Shown: piece by piece, positions 1-9,708 of the stretch
Numbering within the stretch: position 1 is the first letter of the stretch
How the letters are laid out: the number at the start of each line of letters is the position of its first letter
Assembly (NCBI GenBank): GCA_964564025.1
Contig: CAZLZO010000001.1
Location: 16,348 to 80,347, forward strand
Source of the DNA: an uncultured Desulfurococcales archaeon
GTDB taxonomy: Archaea; Thermoproteota; Thermoprotei_A; EX4484-217-1
Reading direction: 5' to 3'
DNA: 64,000 bases
Notes under the pieces: generated by a model
Databases searched by the model: none
What the model was told of the DNA's origin: nothing
The model's input: only the letters and a program-made list of their open reading frames with translations
Made by a program: the position numbers and the translations under genes

Positions 1-235
1 AGCCTCTTCGGAAGCCCCTAAGGGTGATGATACCCCAAATCCTATGCTGGGGGAAGAGAGAACCAAACAAAAAACGTAAAATATCATAACTCCCAGACCC
101 CTATTACCTAGAAAGCCATAGCTATGGCTAAGAAGCGTAGACATTAAGAAATTTTTACTATATATTAGGCCCCTATGTTCTCCTAGCATATAACCAATAA
201 TTCCCAATCTTATTTTGCAAGTTTTCCATGAATCA

Positions 236-263
236 TATAATCACTATAACTATAGTGATTATA
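236..263. repeat. 28-bp inverted repeat (13-bp arms, 2-bp spacer)
   Basis: TATAATCACTATA-ac-TATAGTGATTATA: arms are perfect reverse complements. Within the 509-bp ORF-free region upstream of the tsaA-like gene. Confidence 0.6.
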
Positions 264-509
264 GCTTCTTTATAATCTCCTCGATTTCTCTAAGCCATTC
301 TAGGTTACTTAAAACACGTTAAGGAGCAAACATATTTAACTATGGAACTTTCAAATATAGTTAAGCCTCCTACCTCCTCATAACACACAGTTTAATTAAC
401 GCAAATAAGTTGCGCTTATAACATTAACAAGCCATGATGCGATTAAAGCTTCCTTATACGTTTAATATTTTTAAAGTAGTGTCTGTTCAAGTTTAAAAGG
501 GGATGTATT

Positions 510-1040
510 GTGAATTTTCACTCCAATTACGAAGGAAGTAAAGCGATAATTTATAGGCCAATAGGAATTATACATACACCGTTTAAAGAACCTAAAGGAA
601 CACCTATTCAGCCTACTGGAGCATTAGGGGTTAAGGGCGTCGTTGAAGTATTCCCTGAATATGCGGAGGGACTTGAAGGATTAGAGGGGTTTTCTCACAT
701 TATTCTAATTTATCATTTCCATCTTGTGAGGAAATGCATGCTTAAGGTTAAACCCTACATGGGAAACAAGTTAGCAGGTATATTTGCGACGCGTGCTCCT
801 CCAAGACCTAACCCTATAGGTATTTCCGTGGTTAGGTTATTAGAAGTTAGAGAAAATACTCTTCACGTATGCGATGTGGATATAGTTGATGGAACCCCGC
901 TTTTGGATATTAAGCCTTATGTTCCAGCTTTTAACCATAGGAGCGTTAAGAGCATAGGCTGGCTTGAAAAAGTGGCAAGTAAGGTTGCAGTAACTAAAGA
1001 CAACGGCCGCTTTTATGACTATGAGAGCATGGCTCCATGA
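510..1040 (+). CDS. tsaA: tRNA (adenine37-N6)-methyltransferase, TsaA/YaeB (UPF0066) family
   Basis: 176 aa. Motifs 'RPNPIGIS' and 'DGTPLLDIKPY' are characteristic of the YaeB/TsaA fold. Follows a 509-bp ORF-free leader. Confidence 0.6.
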   Translation: MNFHSNYEGSKAIIYRPIGIIHTPFKEPKGTPIQPTGALGVKGVVEVFPEYAEGLEGLEGFSHIILIYHFHLVRKCMLKVKPYMGNKLAGIFATRAPPRPNPIGISVVRLLEVRENTLHVCDVDIVDGTPLLDIKPYVPAFNHRSVKSIGWLEKVASKVAVTKDNGRFYDYESMAP

Positions 1041-1093
1041 GCATGGTACTGTAGGTTTCTTCTACGCTCTCCCAAGAAAGAAGGAGAAATAAG

Positions 1094-1648
1094 CTATGCT
1101 TTCTTCCTAAGCTCTTCAAGAATAGACCTTATCTTCTTAAGCTCCTCAAGCATTTCCTCCTCAATAACTCTCCTCTCCTTAGAAGAAAGAATGCCTACTT
1201 TTCTTCTCACGTTAGATGCTATTTCACCAGCTAAGTTAGCGTCTATTTGGAAAAACGATAGTTCAGGCCTAAGTGTTCCTTGAGCTGGTGTGTAAATATC
1301 TACGTTAGCTAGTTTCAGAGATCTTTGAAGCGGGCCTTGCCTAACTCTTACTTCTGAAACTAAATTGTATGGTACACGTTTCTCCTTAACCCACCAAACA
1401 CCGTATTTAGCGTATGCATGGTCTTCCTCAAGTCTAAAAATAATGCTTCTGTAGAATCTCGGTATCCACATAGCTAATACTACTAGTGGAACCACTACTA
1501 AGCCTATGGCGAACAATATTCCAGCGTAAATGTTGAAGTAACCTATAATTGCCGAAACAGCAATTGCAGGCGCAAAGTATCCTAGAGAATAAAGCCAGTA
1601 AATAACAGTTATTTTAGGCGACGATTTAAATTCCTTCGTCCCAGCCAT
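1094..1648 (-). CDS. membrane protein with bacterial PH-like (DUF304/YdbS-type) domain
   Basis: 184 aa. Two N-terminal TM helices (e.g. 'ILFAIGLVVVPLVVLAMW'), then a soluble domain ('VWWVKEKRVPYNLVSEVRVRQGPLQR') resembling membrane-flanked bPH_2, then a K/E-rich tail. Confidence 0.4.
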   Translation of the reverse strand: MAGTKEFKSSPKITVIYWLYSLGYFAPAIAVSAIIGYFNIYAGILFAIGLVVVPLVVLAMWIPRFYRSIIFRLEEDHAYAKYGVWWVKEKRVPYNLVSEVRVRQGPLQRSLKLANVDIYTPAQGTLRPELSFFQIDANLAGEIASNVRRKVGILSSKERRVIEEEMLEELKKIRSILEELRKKA

Positions 1649-1755
1649 GATGTTTCATCTCATTAAGCTAAAGTATTGCTTTAGAGGTATTAAAGGTATT
1701 CTAAATAATAGATTAATAAGGTTAAACCATAGGTGAAACTTACGGAGATGCAACA

Positions 1756-1983
1756 ATGAAATTTCGTAACGCTAAAATACTAAGTGTCTTAGCCATAGTA
1801 TTGCTACTTATCACATTTTCTATTACATTACGCTTCCTAGTTCGCGAAGAGAAATGCTCCATTAGAACTTTCTTAGCTGAGGCTAAGGAGGTATACTATG
1901 CTTTCAGAGATAAGCCTAAACCAGGTGTGTCTAAAGCCATAATGCTAGATAGCTTCTCCAGGGATGTAACTACCGAACTCTAA
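1756..1983 (+). CDS. small hypothetical protein with N-terminal hydrophobic segment
   Basis: 75 aa. 'ILSVLAIVLLLITFSITL' looks like a signal or TM segment. No homology recognised. Lies in an AT-rich, low-coding-density region. Confidence 0.2.
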   Translation: MKFRNAKILSVLAIVLLLITFSITLRFLVREEKCSIRTFLAEAKEVYYAFRDKPKPGVSKAIMLDSFSRDVTTEL

Positions 1984-2459
1984 TGTGGTTAATGACGCGG
2001 TAATTTCAATCAATAACACACTATATTACTACGCAATTCTGAGATTTTATGGTGAAGACTGACCAGGAATCATTGCGAAGGATTCTTATTTGGGTTCAAA
2101 CGTGCATCTAAGGCTTCTGCCAACTAATGTGACCACTACAGGTGGTAGATTATGGATTTATGAGATCAACATTAACGGTTCTAGGAATATAGTTAAGTTT
2201 TATGAAATACCCTTCATAATAGGATTATATAGGCTGTATGGGGATAGCATAAATTTAGGTAGCGGATTAATTCTAGTTAGAATATACTATAATGTTCATT
2301 CTAACGAATGGAATATATTGTGGATTATTCTAAGGAAAAATGTAATGTTTAAAATATTATTCAATATGTTAACGAAGATGTTGTGGGAAAGTTTTAAATT
2401 ATCTCTGGAGATATTAGAAATCTCGAAATTTCCTAAGCCTATAAAACATGTTTTGTTAG

Positions 2460-3647
2460 GTGGTGCTAATTGCTATATGTGAAAGGAGAATAAGAATATT
2501 CGATACTACACTTCGCGACGGCGACCAAATGGCTGGTGTTGAACTTTCTCTTGAAGACAAAATAGAAATCGCTAAAGCTCTTGACGAACTTGGTGTCGAC
2601 ATTATTGAAGCGGGGTTCCCTATTTCTTCAAAAATAGATCTTGAAACTATAAAGGCAGTTTCTAGAGAGCTTTCTAAATCTAAAATTGCAGCTTTAGCTA
2701 GGGCGTCTAAGAGAGATATTGATGAAGCAGCAGCTTCAGATGCACAAGTAATACATGTTTTCATAGCCACTAGCGATATACATTTAAAATACAAGCTTAG
2801 ATTAACTAGAGAAGATGTTTTAAGTAAAATTACTGAAGCAGTAGAGTACGCTAAAGAATATGGTGCATTGGTTCTTTTCTCAGCAGAAGACGCTACTAGA
2901 AGTGATAGAGAATTTCTCGTTAAAGCATATATGGAAGCTGTAAATGCTGGTTCAAAATACATAAACATACCTGATACAGTAGGTGTAGCAACACCTTGGG
3001 AAATGCGTGATCTAGTCAGTTATGTACGTTCCAAACTACCGAGGCACGTATGGATAGATGTTCATTGCCACAACGACTTCGGTATGGCAACAGCTAATTC
3101 TTTAGCCGGAGTCCTTGGTGGAGCAGATGGAGTTCAAGTAACAGTTAATGGTTTTGGTGAAAGAGCTGGAAATGCTGCTTTAGAAGAGGTAGTAGCTGCT
3201 CTTCACTTCCTAATGAATTACCGTACAAACATCGTATTGGAAAAGCTAACATCTGTGTCGAAATTTGTTGCTAAAAAATTTGGAATAAACCTTCAGCCTA
3301 ACAAGCCAATAATAGGTATAAATGCATTTGCCCATGAAGCTGGAATACATGTTCATGGAGTGCTAAGTAATCCTGCAACTTACGAAGCAATAGCTCCGGA
3401 AGACGTAGGTAATCGTAGAAGAATAGTTTTGGGAAGACATAGCGGCCGTCATGCTGTTATATGGGCTCTTGAAAGAATGAGTATTAAACCTACACATCAA
3501 TTAGTGAACTTCATCCTTCATAAGCTTAAGGAAGTAGCTCCTAAAACTAAGAAGGTTTCGGAAGACCAAATTAAAAAATGGATTGAAGAGTTCAATAAGT
3601 TTAAAGGTGTAATTTATTATGCCTCGAATACTTGTAATACCAGGTGA
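2460..3647 (+). CDS. 2-isopropylmalate/homocitrate/citramalate synthase family enzyme (short form, no C-terminal regulatory domain)
   Basis: 395 aa, GTG start. HMGL-like signature 'FDTTLRDGDQ'; 'HCHNDFGMATAN' metal-binding region. First gene of a four-gene operon with leuB/leuC/leuD-type genes. Confidence 0.8.
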   Translation: MVLIAICERRIRIFDTTLRDGDQMAGVELSLEDKIEIAKALDELGVDIIEAGFPISSKIDLETIKAVSRELSKSKIAALARASKRDIDEAAASDAQVIHVFIATSDIHLKYKLRLTREDVLSKITEAVEYAKEYGALVLFSAEDATRSDREFLVKAYMEAVNAGSKYINIPDTVGVATPWEMRDLVSYVRSKLPRHVWIDVHCHNDFGMATANSLAGVLGGADGVQVTVNGFGERAGNAALEEVVAALHFLMNYRTNIVLEKLTSVSKFVAKKFGINLQPNKPIIGINAFAHEAGIHVHGVLSNPATYEAIAPEDVGNRRRIVLGRHSGRHAVIWALERMSIKPTHQLVNFILHKLKEVAPKTKKVSEDQIKKWIEEFNKFKGVIYYASNTCNTR

Positions 3648-4608
3648 TGGAATAGGTCCTGAAATAACAGCAGCTGCAATGAAAGTTTTAGAGGCAACCA
3701 TGCTAAAGTATAAGCTAAACATAGAAATTATAACAGGTCAAGCCGGTGATGAAGCTTTTCGTAAATTCGGAGAGTCTCTTCCACAAAACACCATAAAACT
3801 AGCTAAACAAGCAGATGCGATACTTAAGGGGCCTGTCGGCGAAACAGCATATGATGTTGTTGTTAAATTACGTAGGATGTTTGAATTATACGCTAACATA
3901 AGGCCCGCTAAAAGCTTCAATGGAGTACCAGCCATAAAAACAGCTGACCTAGTTATTGTTAGAGAGAATGTTGAAGACGTGTATGTAGGTGCGGAATATA
4001 GGGTAGGTGACGTAGCTATAGCTTTAAAGATTATTACATCGAAAGGTGCCAGAAGAGTTGCTAAAGTAGCTGCTGAAATTGCTAAAGATAGAAGGAACAA
4101 GGTAACTATAGTTCATAAAGCTAATGTTCTAAGAGTTACCGACGGGTTGTTTAGAGATGAAGCTCGAAAAACACTTGAAACGGAGAAGGTAAGTATTGAT
4201 GAAATGTACGTTGATGCTGCGGCAATGGAGCTTGTTAGAAACCCAAGTAGATTTGATGTAATATTAACTACGAATCAGTATGGTGATATTCTAAGTGATT
4301 TGGCAGCACAAGTTGTAGGAGGTCTTGGCTTAGCTCCCTCAGCTAATATTGGTGTTTCAAAAGCTATCTTCGAACCTGTACATGGAGCTGCTTGGGATAT
4401 AGCTGGTAAAGGCGTAGCTAATCCGGTTGCAATGATACTTTCAGTAGCTATGATGCTCGAATGGTTAGGCTATAAACAACCAGCACGAAGAATATGGAAC
4501 GCTGTAGAAGAAGTATTAGCTTCAGACATTAAAACACCCGATATAGGTGGAAACAGTTCTACTATGGAATTTGCTGAAGCCGTAGCTACTAAGGTGAAGA
4601 GAGCATGA
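3619..4608 (+). CDS. leuB: 3-isopropylmalate dehydrogenase family (isocitrate/homoisocitrate DH superfamily)
   Basis: 329 aa. N-terminal 'ILVIPGDGIGPEI'. Overlaps the upstream synthase gene by 29 bp (operonic). Confidence 0.75.
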   Translation: MPRILVIPGDGIGPEITAAAMKVLEATMLKYKLNIEIITGQAGDEAFRKFGESLPQNTIKLAKQADAILKGPVGETAYDVVVKLRRMFELYANIRPAKSFNGVPAIKTADLVIVRENVEDVYVGAEYRVGDVAIALKIITSKGARRVAKVAAEIAKDRRNKVTIVHKANVLRVTDGLFRDEARKTLETEKVSIDEMYVDAAAMELVRNPSRFDVILTTNQYGDILSDLAAQVVGGLGLAPSANIGVSKAIFEPVHGAAWDIAGKGVANPVAMILSVAMMLEWLGYKQPARRIWNAVEEVLASDIKTPDIGGNSSTMEFAEAVATKVKRA

Positions 4609-5867
4609 ATAGTTTAGCATTAAAAATTCTTGCAAAACATGCTGGGCTTAAAAGGCTAGAACCTGGGGATTTAGTGTATGCTAGGGTTGATAAGGTAATG
4701 GTTAATGACGTGACAGGACCTGTGGCTCTAAAGGTTCTAAGGGAGACTGGTGCTGAAAAACTGGTGGGTGCTAAGAAAGTTGAAATATATGCTGTTTTAG
4801 ACCATTACTCTCCAGCACATAATTGGGATGCTGCTAACGCACATATTGAACTCAGAAAGTTTTCAAAGCAGCACAGATGCGTGTTTTTTGACGTAGGACT
4901 AGGGATTGCTCACCAATTACTTGTTGAAGGGATAGTTAAGCCTGGAGAGCTAATAGTTGGAGCAGACAGTCACACCATTACATATGGAGCTTTAGCAGCT
5001 TTCGCAACAGGCATTGGTAGTTCAGAAGCAGCATACGTAATGGCTACGGGAGAATTATGGTTTAAAGTGCCTGAGCCTCTATACATAAGGTTAACGGGAA
5101 AATTCAAACCCAGCGTAGCGAGTAAGGATTTAGCGTTACATCTCCTAGGAGAAATGGGCCCTGAAGGTGCTCTATATTGTTCAGTTGAATTCTTTGGTGA
5201 AGGCTTAAGAAGTTTAGATTTAAGTGATAGGCTTACAGTAGCTAATATGATGGTTGAAGCCGGGGCTAAAACAGCTATTTTCCCATACGATAATGAAACT
5301 GAGACGTGGCTATTAAGCTATGGAGTTAAGCCGGATAGGAAATGGAGGGAACTAAAATTGGAATCCAATATTGAAGCTAACATGGAAGTCAATTTATCAG
5401 ATATTGAGCCTTTAATATCTGAACCCCCTATGCCTACAAGAGTTAGGCATGTTGCAGATTTAGAAGGTACTATTGTAGACCAGGTGTTTGTGGGTAGTTG
5501 CACTAATGGAAGATATAAGGACATACTAATTCTAGCACGTCTTCTCAAAGGAAAAAAGGTTAAAACAAGACTCATTGTGATTCCAGCATCCATGCGAATA
5601 TTGAAGCGCATAGCATATGAAGGAATACTTAGTATTCTCGTCGAGGCAGGAGCCATAGTAGGAGTACCTGGCTGTGGACCTTGCTTTGGAGCACATATGG
5701 GGGTTCTAGGAGATTACGAAGTCATGGTTTCTACGGCTAATCGCAACTTTCCTGGAAGAGCTGGCCCACCTAGCGCTAAAGTCTATTTAGCTTCACCTTA
5801 CACAGCAGCTGCAACAGCCATTACCGGAACAATAACTGATCCTAGACCTTTAATAAAGAGTTTGTAA
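4605..5867 (+). CDS. leuC: 3-isopropylmalate dehydratase large subunit (aconitase family)
   Basis: 420 aa. 'GSCTNGR' and 'VPGCGPCFG' Fe-S ligand motifs of the aconitase family. 4-bp overlap with leuB. Confidence 0.8.
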   Translation: MNSLALKILAKHAGLKRLEPGDLVYARVDKVMVNDVTGPVALKVLRETGAEKLVGAKKVEIYAVLDHYSPAHNWDAANAHIELRKFSKQHRCVFFDVGLGIAHQLLVEGIVKPGELIVGADSHTITYGALAAFATGIGSSEAAYVMATGELWFKVPEPLYIRLTGKFKPSVASKDLALHLLGEMGPEGALYCSVEFFGEGLRSLDLSDRLTVANMMVEAGAKTAIFPYDNETETWLLSYGVKPDRKWRELKLESNIEANMEVNLSDIEPLISEPPMPTRVRHVADLEGTIVDQVFVGSCTNGRYKDILILARLLKGKKVKTRLIVIPASMRILKRIAYEGILSILVEAGAIVGVPGCGPCFGAHMGVLGDYEVMVSTANRNFPGRAGPPSAKVYLASPYTAAATAITGTITDPRPLIKSL

Positions 5868-5869
5868 GG

Positions 5870-6391
5870 TTGGAAGAGGGAGAGAAAATGAGGGTTAAAG
5901 GGTATGCGCTCTTAGTTGGTGACAATATAGATACAGACACAATAATTCCTGCAAGATACTTGCATAAAAGTGATCCAGAATGGCTAGGCAAACACGTGTT
6001 TGAAGATACTCCTGAAATTAGAAGTAGACTACTGAGCTTACCTAAACCGATAGCAATAATTGCTGGAAAAGGATTCGGCTATGGAAGTAGTAGAGAGCAT
6101 GCTGTAATAGCGCTTAAAGCTATTGGTGTTTCATTAATAATTGCAAGAAGCTTTCATAGAATATTCTACCGCAACGCTATCAATAATGGGTTACCAGTAA
6201 TAGAAGCTAATTTAACGGGACTTAAAAATGGGGACTTAGTAGAAGCAGATCTTGAAAATGGAATGATTCTTGTGGGAAATAATGTTGTATTCAAATTCAA
6301 ACCTATGCCAAAACAACTTCTCGAAATTTTAAAGCATGGTGGATTAAAATACTTCCTTAAAAAGCTAGCTTCAGAAGAGCTTGGAAAGTAA
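5870..6391 (+). CDS. leuD: 3-isopropylmalate dehydratase small subunit
   Basis: 173 aa. 'GDNIDTDTIIPARYL' aconitase swivel-domain motif. 2 bp after leuC. Confidence 0.8.
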   Translation: MEEGEKMRVKGYALLVGDNIDTDTIIPARYLHKSDPEWLGKHVFEDTPEIRSRLLSLPKPIAIIAGKGFGYGSSREHAVIALKAIGVSLIIARSFHRIFYRNAINNGLPVIEANLTGLKNGDLVEADLENGMILVGNNVVFKFKPMPKQLLEILKHGGLKYFLKKLASEELGK

Positions 6392-6449
6392 TAGTGCAAA
6401 CGCGTTGATTGAAAACTGATTATTCTTAAAAGCAGTGAAGTAACTAAAC

Positions 6450-6743
6450 CTACAGTATTACTTTATATCTTTTACCGCCAAATTTTGATAGTAATGCTTC
6501 ATACTCTCTCTTACCAAGTACCGTTAGAACCTCTACCCTTGAACCTCTAAATGCATAAACTACAGCTTTTCCCTCAATTGAAACAGCAATGTAAACATCA
6601 TTCCATGAATCATAAACTATCTGCACTGGATTTATTAAAATGTTTAAAATTTCTTTTTCAGTCACTTTTCTTTCAGCAATCCTTTCTTTCGCATGCTTTG
6701 AAATGATAATTTTGGCTTTTTCAGGAATAATCATGCTAACCAC
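6450..6743 (-). CDS. DUF4258-like small protein (toxin-like family), orphan
   Basis: 97 aa. 'SKHAKERIAERKVTEKEILNIL...VEVLTVL' matches the DUF4258 pattern H..ER..ER.I...E. No adjacent small partner ORF. Confidence 0.4.
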   Translation of the reverse strand: MVSMIIPEKAKIIISKHAKERIAERKVTEKEILNILINPVQIVYDSWNDVYIAVSIEGKAVVYAFRGSRVEVLTVLGKREYEALLSKFGGKRYKVIL

Positions 6744-6855
6744 TTATTAGCATCATGATTTATACGTTTATTTAGGTAAACATTTGGGAGAGCATGCCAT
6801 ATTTTAGAATACAACCAAAAATTTTTTCTTACACATTAGCATCAGTATAGCTTAC

Positions 6856-7752
6856 ATGAGTAACGTATTGGGGAATGTGTTAGATATGTCCAAAAGCCGC
6901 CGTGACTTTGAAAGGTACATACCCTATCTTCTAATTCTTCCGGCTCTTAGCTACTTAATATTCTTTATAGGGTATCCTTTGATTCAAGCGCTTTATCTTG
7001 CGCTTTTTCCCGATGGAAGATTTAGTATGGAGAATATAGATTACCTATTCACTAGCCCTTTTTCTAGGTTTGAAGAGGCATTTGCAAACACCATACTTCT
7101 CGTTATAACCATTATCCCTATACAGGTAGCTATAGCTATAGGTTTAGCTATGCTTTTTAACATGAAATTTCCCGGGAGAAATACTGCATTATACATGGTT
7201 GTTTTGCCGTTAACAATAAGTGATGTTGCAGCAGGGCTTATATGGTACTCTCTTCTCTCATCAAACGGCTTCTTTAACAAATTACTTATTAACCTAGGGC
7301 TTATTAGCGAACCTATTCAGTTTTTCGGATACCAGTTCAGACATATGGAGTTTTTGGCGATTGTTTTAACGGAGCTTTGGAGAGCTACAGCAATAGTTTT
7401 CGTAATATTATTTGCTGGATTGCAAATGATAAGTAGAGAATATATTGAAGCTGCAGAAGTTTTTGGAGCAACGGTTTGGCAAAGAATAAGGTACATTGTC
7501 TTCCCAATGCTGAAGCCCAGTCTTCAAGCAGCGTTAATTATTAGAACACTTTTCGCATTCCAAATATTCGGTGTAGTATGGATTCTTGCTGGAAGAGACA
7601 TTCCAGTTCTCGCAGGAGAAGCATATTATGAGCAGGTTGAACTTAAACATACGGGAGTCGCAGCAATTTATGCTCTAATAATAGCTTTAATATCCATTGT
7701 AATAGGCTACATTTACATTAAACTTTTCAAGGCCAAATACTTGGAGGTGTAA
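6856..7752 (+). CDS. ABC transporter permease (MalF/UgpA-type, sugar class)
   Basis: 298 aa, multi-TM. EAA-loop region 'EAAEVFGATVWQRIRYIVFPMLKPS'. Confidence 0.8.
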   Translation: MSNVLGNVLDMSKSRRDFERYIPYLLILPALSYLIFFIGYPLIQALYLALFPDGRFSMENIDYLFTSPFSRFEEAFANTILLVITIIPIQVAIAIGLAMLFNMKFPGRNTALYMVVLPLTISDVAAGLIWYSLLSSNGFFNKLLINLGLISEPIQFFGYQFRHMEFLAIVLTELWRATAIVFVILFAGLQMISREYIEAAEVFGATVWQRIRYIVFPMLKPSLQAALIIRTLFAFQIFGVVWILAGRDIPVLAGEAYYEQVELKHTGVAAIYALIIALISIVIGYIYIKLFKAKYLEV

Positions 7753-7756
7753 TGTT

Positions 7757-8584
7757 ATGGAAATGAATGACATGTCTATTGTAAAATACTACCTTGTAAA
7801 GATACTTATTGCCGGCGGAGCAACAATAGCTGTTCTCTGGATACTTACACCATTCATAATAGCTATTCTCTATGCTTTCACTAACCCAGCTGATTACTAC
7901 AGTCCAAACATCGTTCTTCCCTTAAGATATACTTTCGAGCATGTTCAGAAGCTTTTAGCTTTAGGAGCAACTAAAGCCATATTTAATAGTGTAGCGGTAG
8001 CGCTAATGACCATAGGGTTAAGTTTCATATTAGGGCTTCCAGCTGGATACGCTTTTGCAAGATACATTTTCCCAGGCAAGGACAGTCTTAAGCTTTTCAT
8101 AGTGAGTTTAAGAATGTTCCCGATAATGGTAATAGCTGTTCCCCTAGTTACACTTTACATTAGACTCGGCCTTTCAGACACTCTCTTAGGTGTAGCTTTA
8201 GCTCATACAGCAATGTCTTTACCTTTCGTAATAGTAATCACGTCAAGTATTTTTGCAGGTGTACCTAAGGAGCTTGAAGAAGCAGCGCTTATATTTGGTC
8301 TTGATAGGAAAGGCGCTTTCCTAAGAATAACAATGCCCTTAGCTCTTCCTGGACTCGCTGCTGCAGCAATATTCACATTCATTATGTCTTGGAATGAGGT
8401 TTTCATAGCATCTGTTTTAACATTAACTAATAGAACACTACCTGCATTCATACTTACATCCGCTATGGCAGCTACAGATTTCATAAAGTTTGCAGCAGGA
8501 TTCATTATGATTCTTCCAGCCATGATTTTCGTTTTTATAGCTAGAAGATACCTTATAACAATGTGGGGTATAACACTAAGGTGA
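7757..8584 (+). CDS. ABC transporter permease (MalG/UgpE-type)
   Basis: 275 aa. EAA loop 'EEAALIFGLDRKGAFLRITMPLALPGLAAAAIF'. Confidence 0.8.
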   Translation: MEMNDMSIVKYYLVKILIAGGATIAVLWILTPFIIAILYAFTNPADYYSPNIVLPLRYTFEHVQKLLALGATKAIFNSVAVALMTIGLSFILGLPAGYAFARYIFPGKDSLKLFIVSLRMFPIMVIAVPLVTLYIRLGLSDTLLGVALAHTAMSLPFVIVITSSIFAGVPKELEEAALIFGLDRKGAFLRITMPLALPGLAAAAIFTFIMSWNEVFIASVLTLTNRTLPAFILTSAMAATDFIKFAAGFIMILPAMIFVFIARRYLITMWGITLR

Positions 8585-8591
8585 TTAGGTA

Positions 8592-9692
8592 ATGGTAGAT
8601 GTTCACCTAAAAAACATCGTTAAGAAGTTCGGTAAAACCATAGCTGTAAACGGAATAAACCTTGATATTAATGATGGAGAATTCATCGTTCTCTTAGGAC
8701 CTTCAGGCTGTGGTAAGACAACAACACTAAGAGTCATTGCAGGCTTAGAGAAACCTGATGAAGGACATGTTTTCTTCGGTGATCGAGAAGTAACATATCT
8801 TCCACCTAGGGAAAGAAATGTTTCAATGGTTTTCCAAAGCTACGCAATATGGCCTCACATGACAGTTTACGATAACATAGCATTCCCCCTGAAAATAAAG
8901 AAGGTTCCTAGAGAGGAGATAGATAAGAAGGTTAAGTGGGCAGCTGAACTACTTCAAATATCTGAGTTGCTCAATAGGTATCCTCATCAGCTATCCGGTG
9001 GGCAAAGGCAGAGAGTTGCTGTTGCAAGAGCAATAGTTGTTGAACCAGACGTTCTACTAATGGATGAGCCTCTAAGCAATCTCGATGCATTGTTAAGAGT
9101 TAAAATGAGAAGCGAGCTTAAGAAGTTGCAAAGGAGAATCAAGGTAACAACAATATATGTTACTCATGACCAGGTCGAAGCGATGACTATGGGGGATAGA
9201 ATAGCTGTAATGAATGCTGGAAAAATAATGCAAGTAGGTACTTCGGAGGAAATATATCTTAAACCGTCAAACCTCTTCGTAGCCGGGTTCGTAGGGTCAC
9301 CGCAAATGAACTTCTTTGAAGCAACTGTGAGAATAAACGATTCTAACATAATCTTAGATGCTGGAGACTTCACAATAACGTTGGAGAAAGAGTATGCGAA
9401 ATTCCTCAAGAATTATGATGAAAAAACAGTTATAGTGGGCATAAGGCCTGAACACATGTATCCCCTAGACTTAATTGCTTCTAAGAAGGGAACTTCCGAA
9501 ATAGAGGGAACCGTAGATTTTGTTGAAGCGCTAGGATCAGACACAATAGTCCATGTAAATACAAGGAACATGATAATGGTTGTGAAAATTAGTGGATCAC
9601 ATCGTTACAAAATAGGGTCTAAGATTAAAGTGGCGTTAGATTTAAGACAACTCCATGTTTTCGATAAGAGTACTGAGAAAGCAATAATATAG
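8592..9692 (+). CDS. ABC transporter ATP-binding protein (MalK/UgpC-type with C-terminal TOBE-like domain)
   Basis: 366 aa. Walker A 'GPSGCGKTT', signature 'LSGGQRQRVAVARA', Walker B 'LLMDEPLSNLD'. Confidence 0.85.
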   Translation: MVDVHLKNIVKKFGKTIAVNGINLDINDGEFIVLLGPSGCGKTTTLRVIAGLEKPDEGHVFFGDREVTYLPPRERNVSMVFQSYAIWPHMTVYDNIAFPLKIKKVPREEIDKKVKWAAELLQISELLNRYPHQLSGGQRQRVAVARAIVVEPDVLLMDEPLSNLDALLRVKMRSELKKLQRRIKVTTIYVTHDQVEAMTMGDRIAVMNAGKIMQVGTSEEIYLKPSNLFVAGFVGSPQMNFFEATVRINDSNIILDAGDFTITLEKEYAKFLKNYDEKTVIVGIRPEHMYPLDLIASKKGTSEIEGTVDFVEALGSDTIVHVNTRNMIMVVKISGSHRYKIGSKIKVALDLRQLHVFDKSTEKAII

Positions 9693-9708
9693 TTTGAGGC
9701 ATTAACTA

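Noticed and set aside
20-75. Possible C/D-box sRNA (GTGATGA C-box-like motif)
   Set aside because: No matching D box (CTGA) or C'/D' elements at appropriate spacing. The single motif is likely chance.
2090-2482. 130-aa ORF upstream of the leuA-family gene
   Set aside because: Composition (I/L/Y/N-rich) is what an AT-rich non-coding leader gives on translation. It overlaps the synthase start. No motif. Most likely a spurious ORF in the operon's 5' regulatory region.
2456-2968. 170-aa antisense ORF inside the leuA-family gene
   Set aside because: Lies entirely antisense to a strongly supported conserved enzyme gene. Its serine/alanine-rich low-complexity product is typical of antisense frames.
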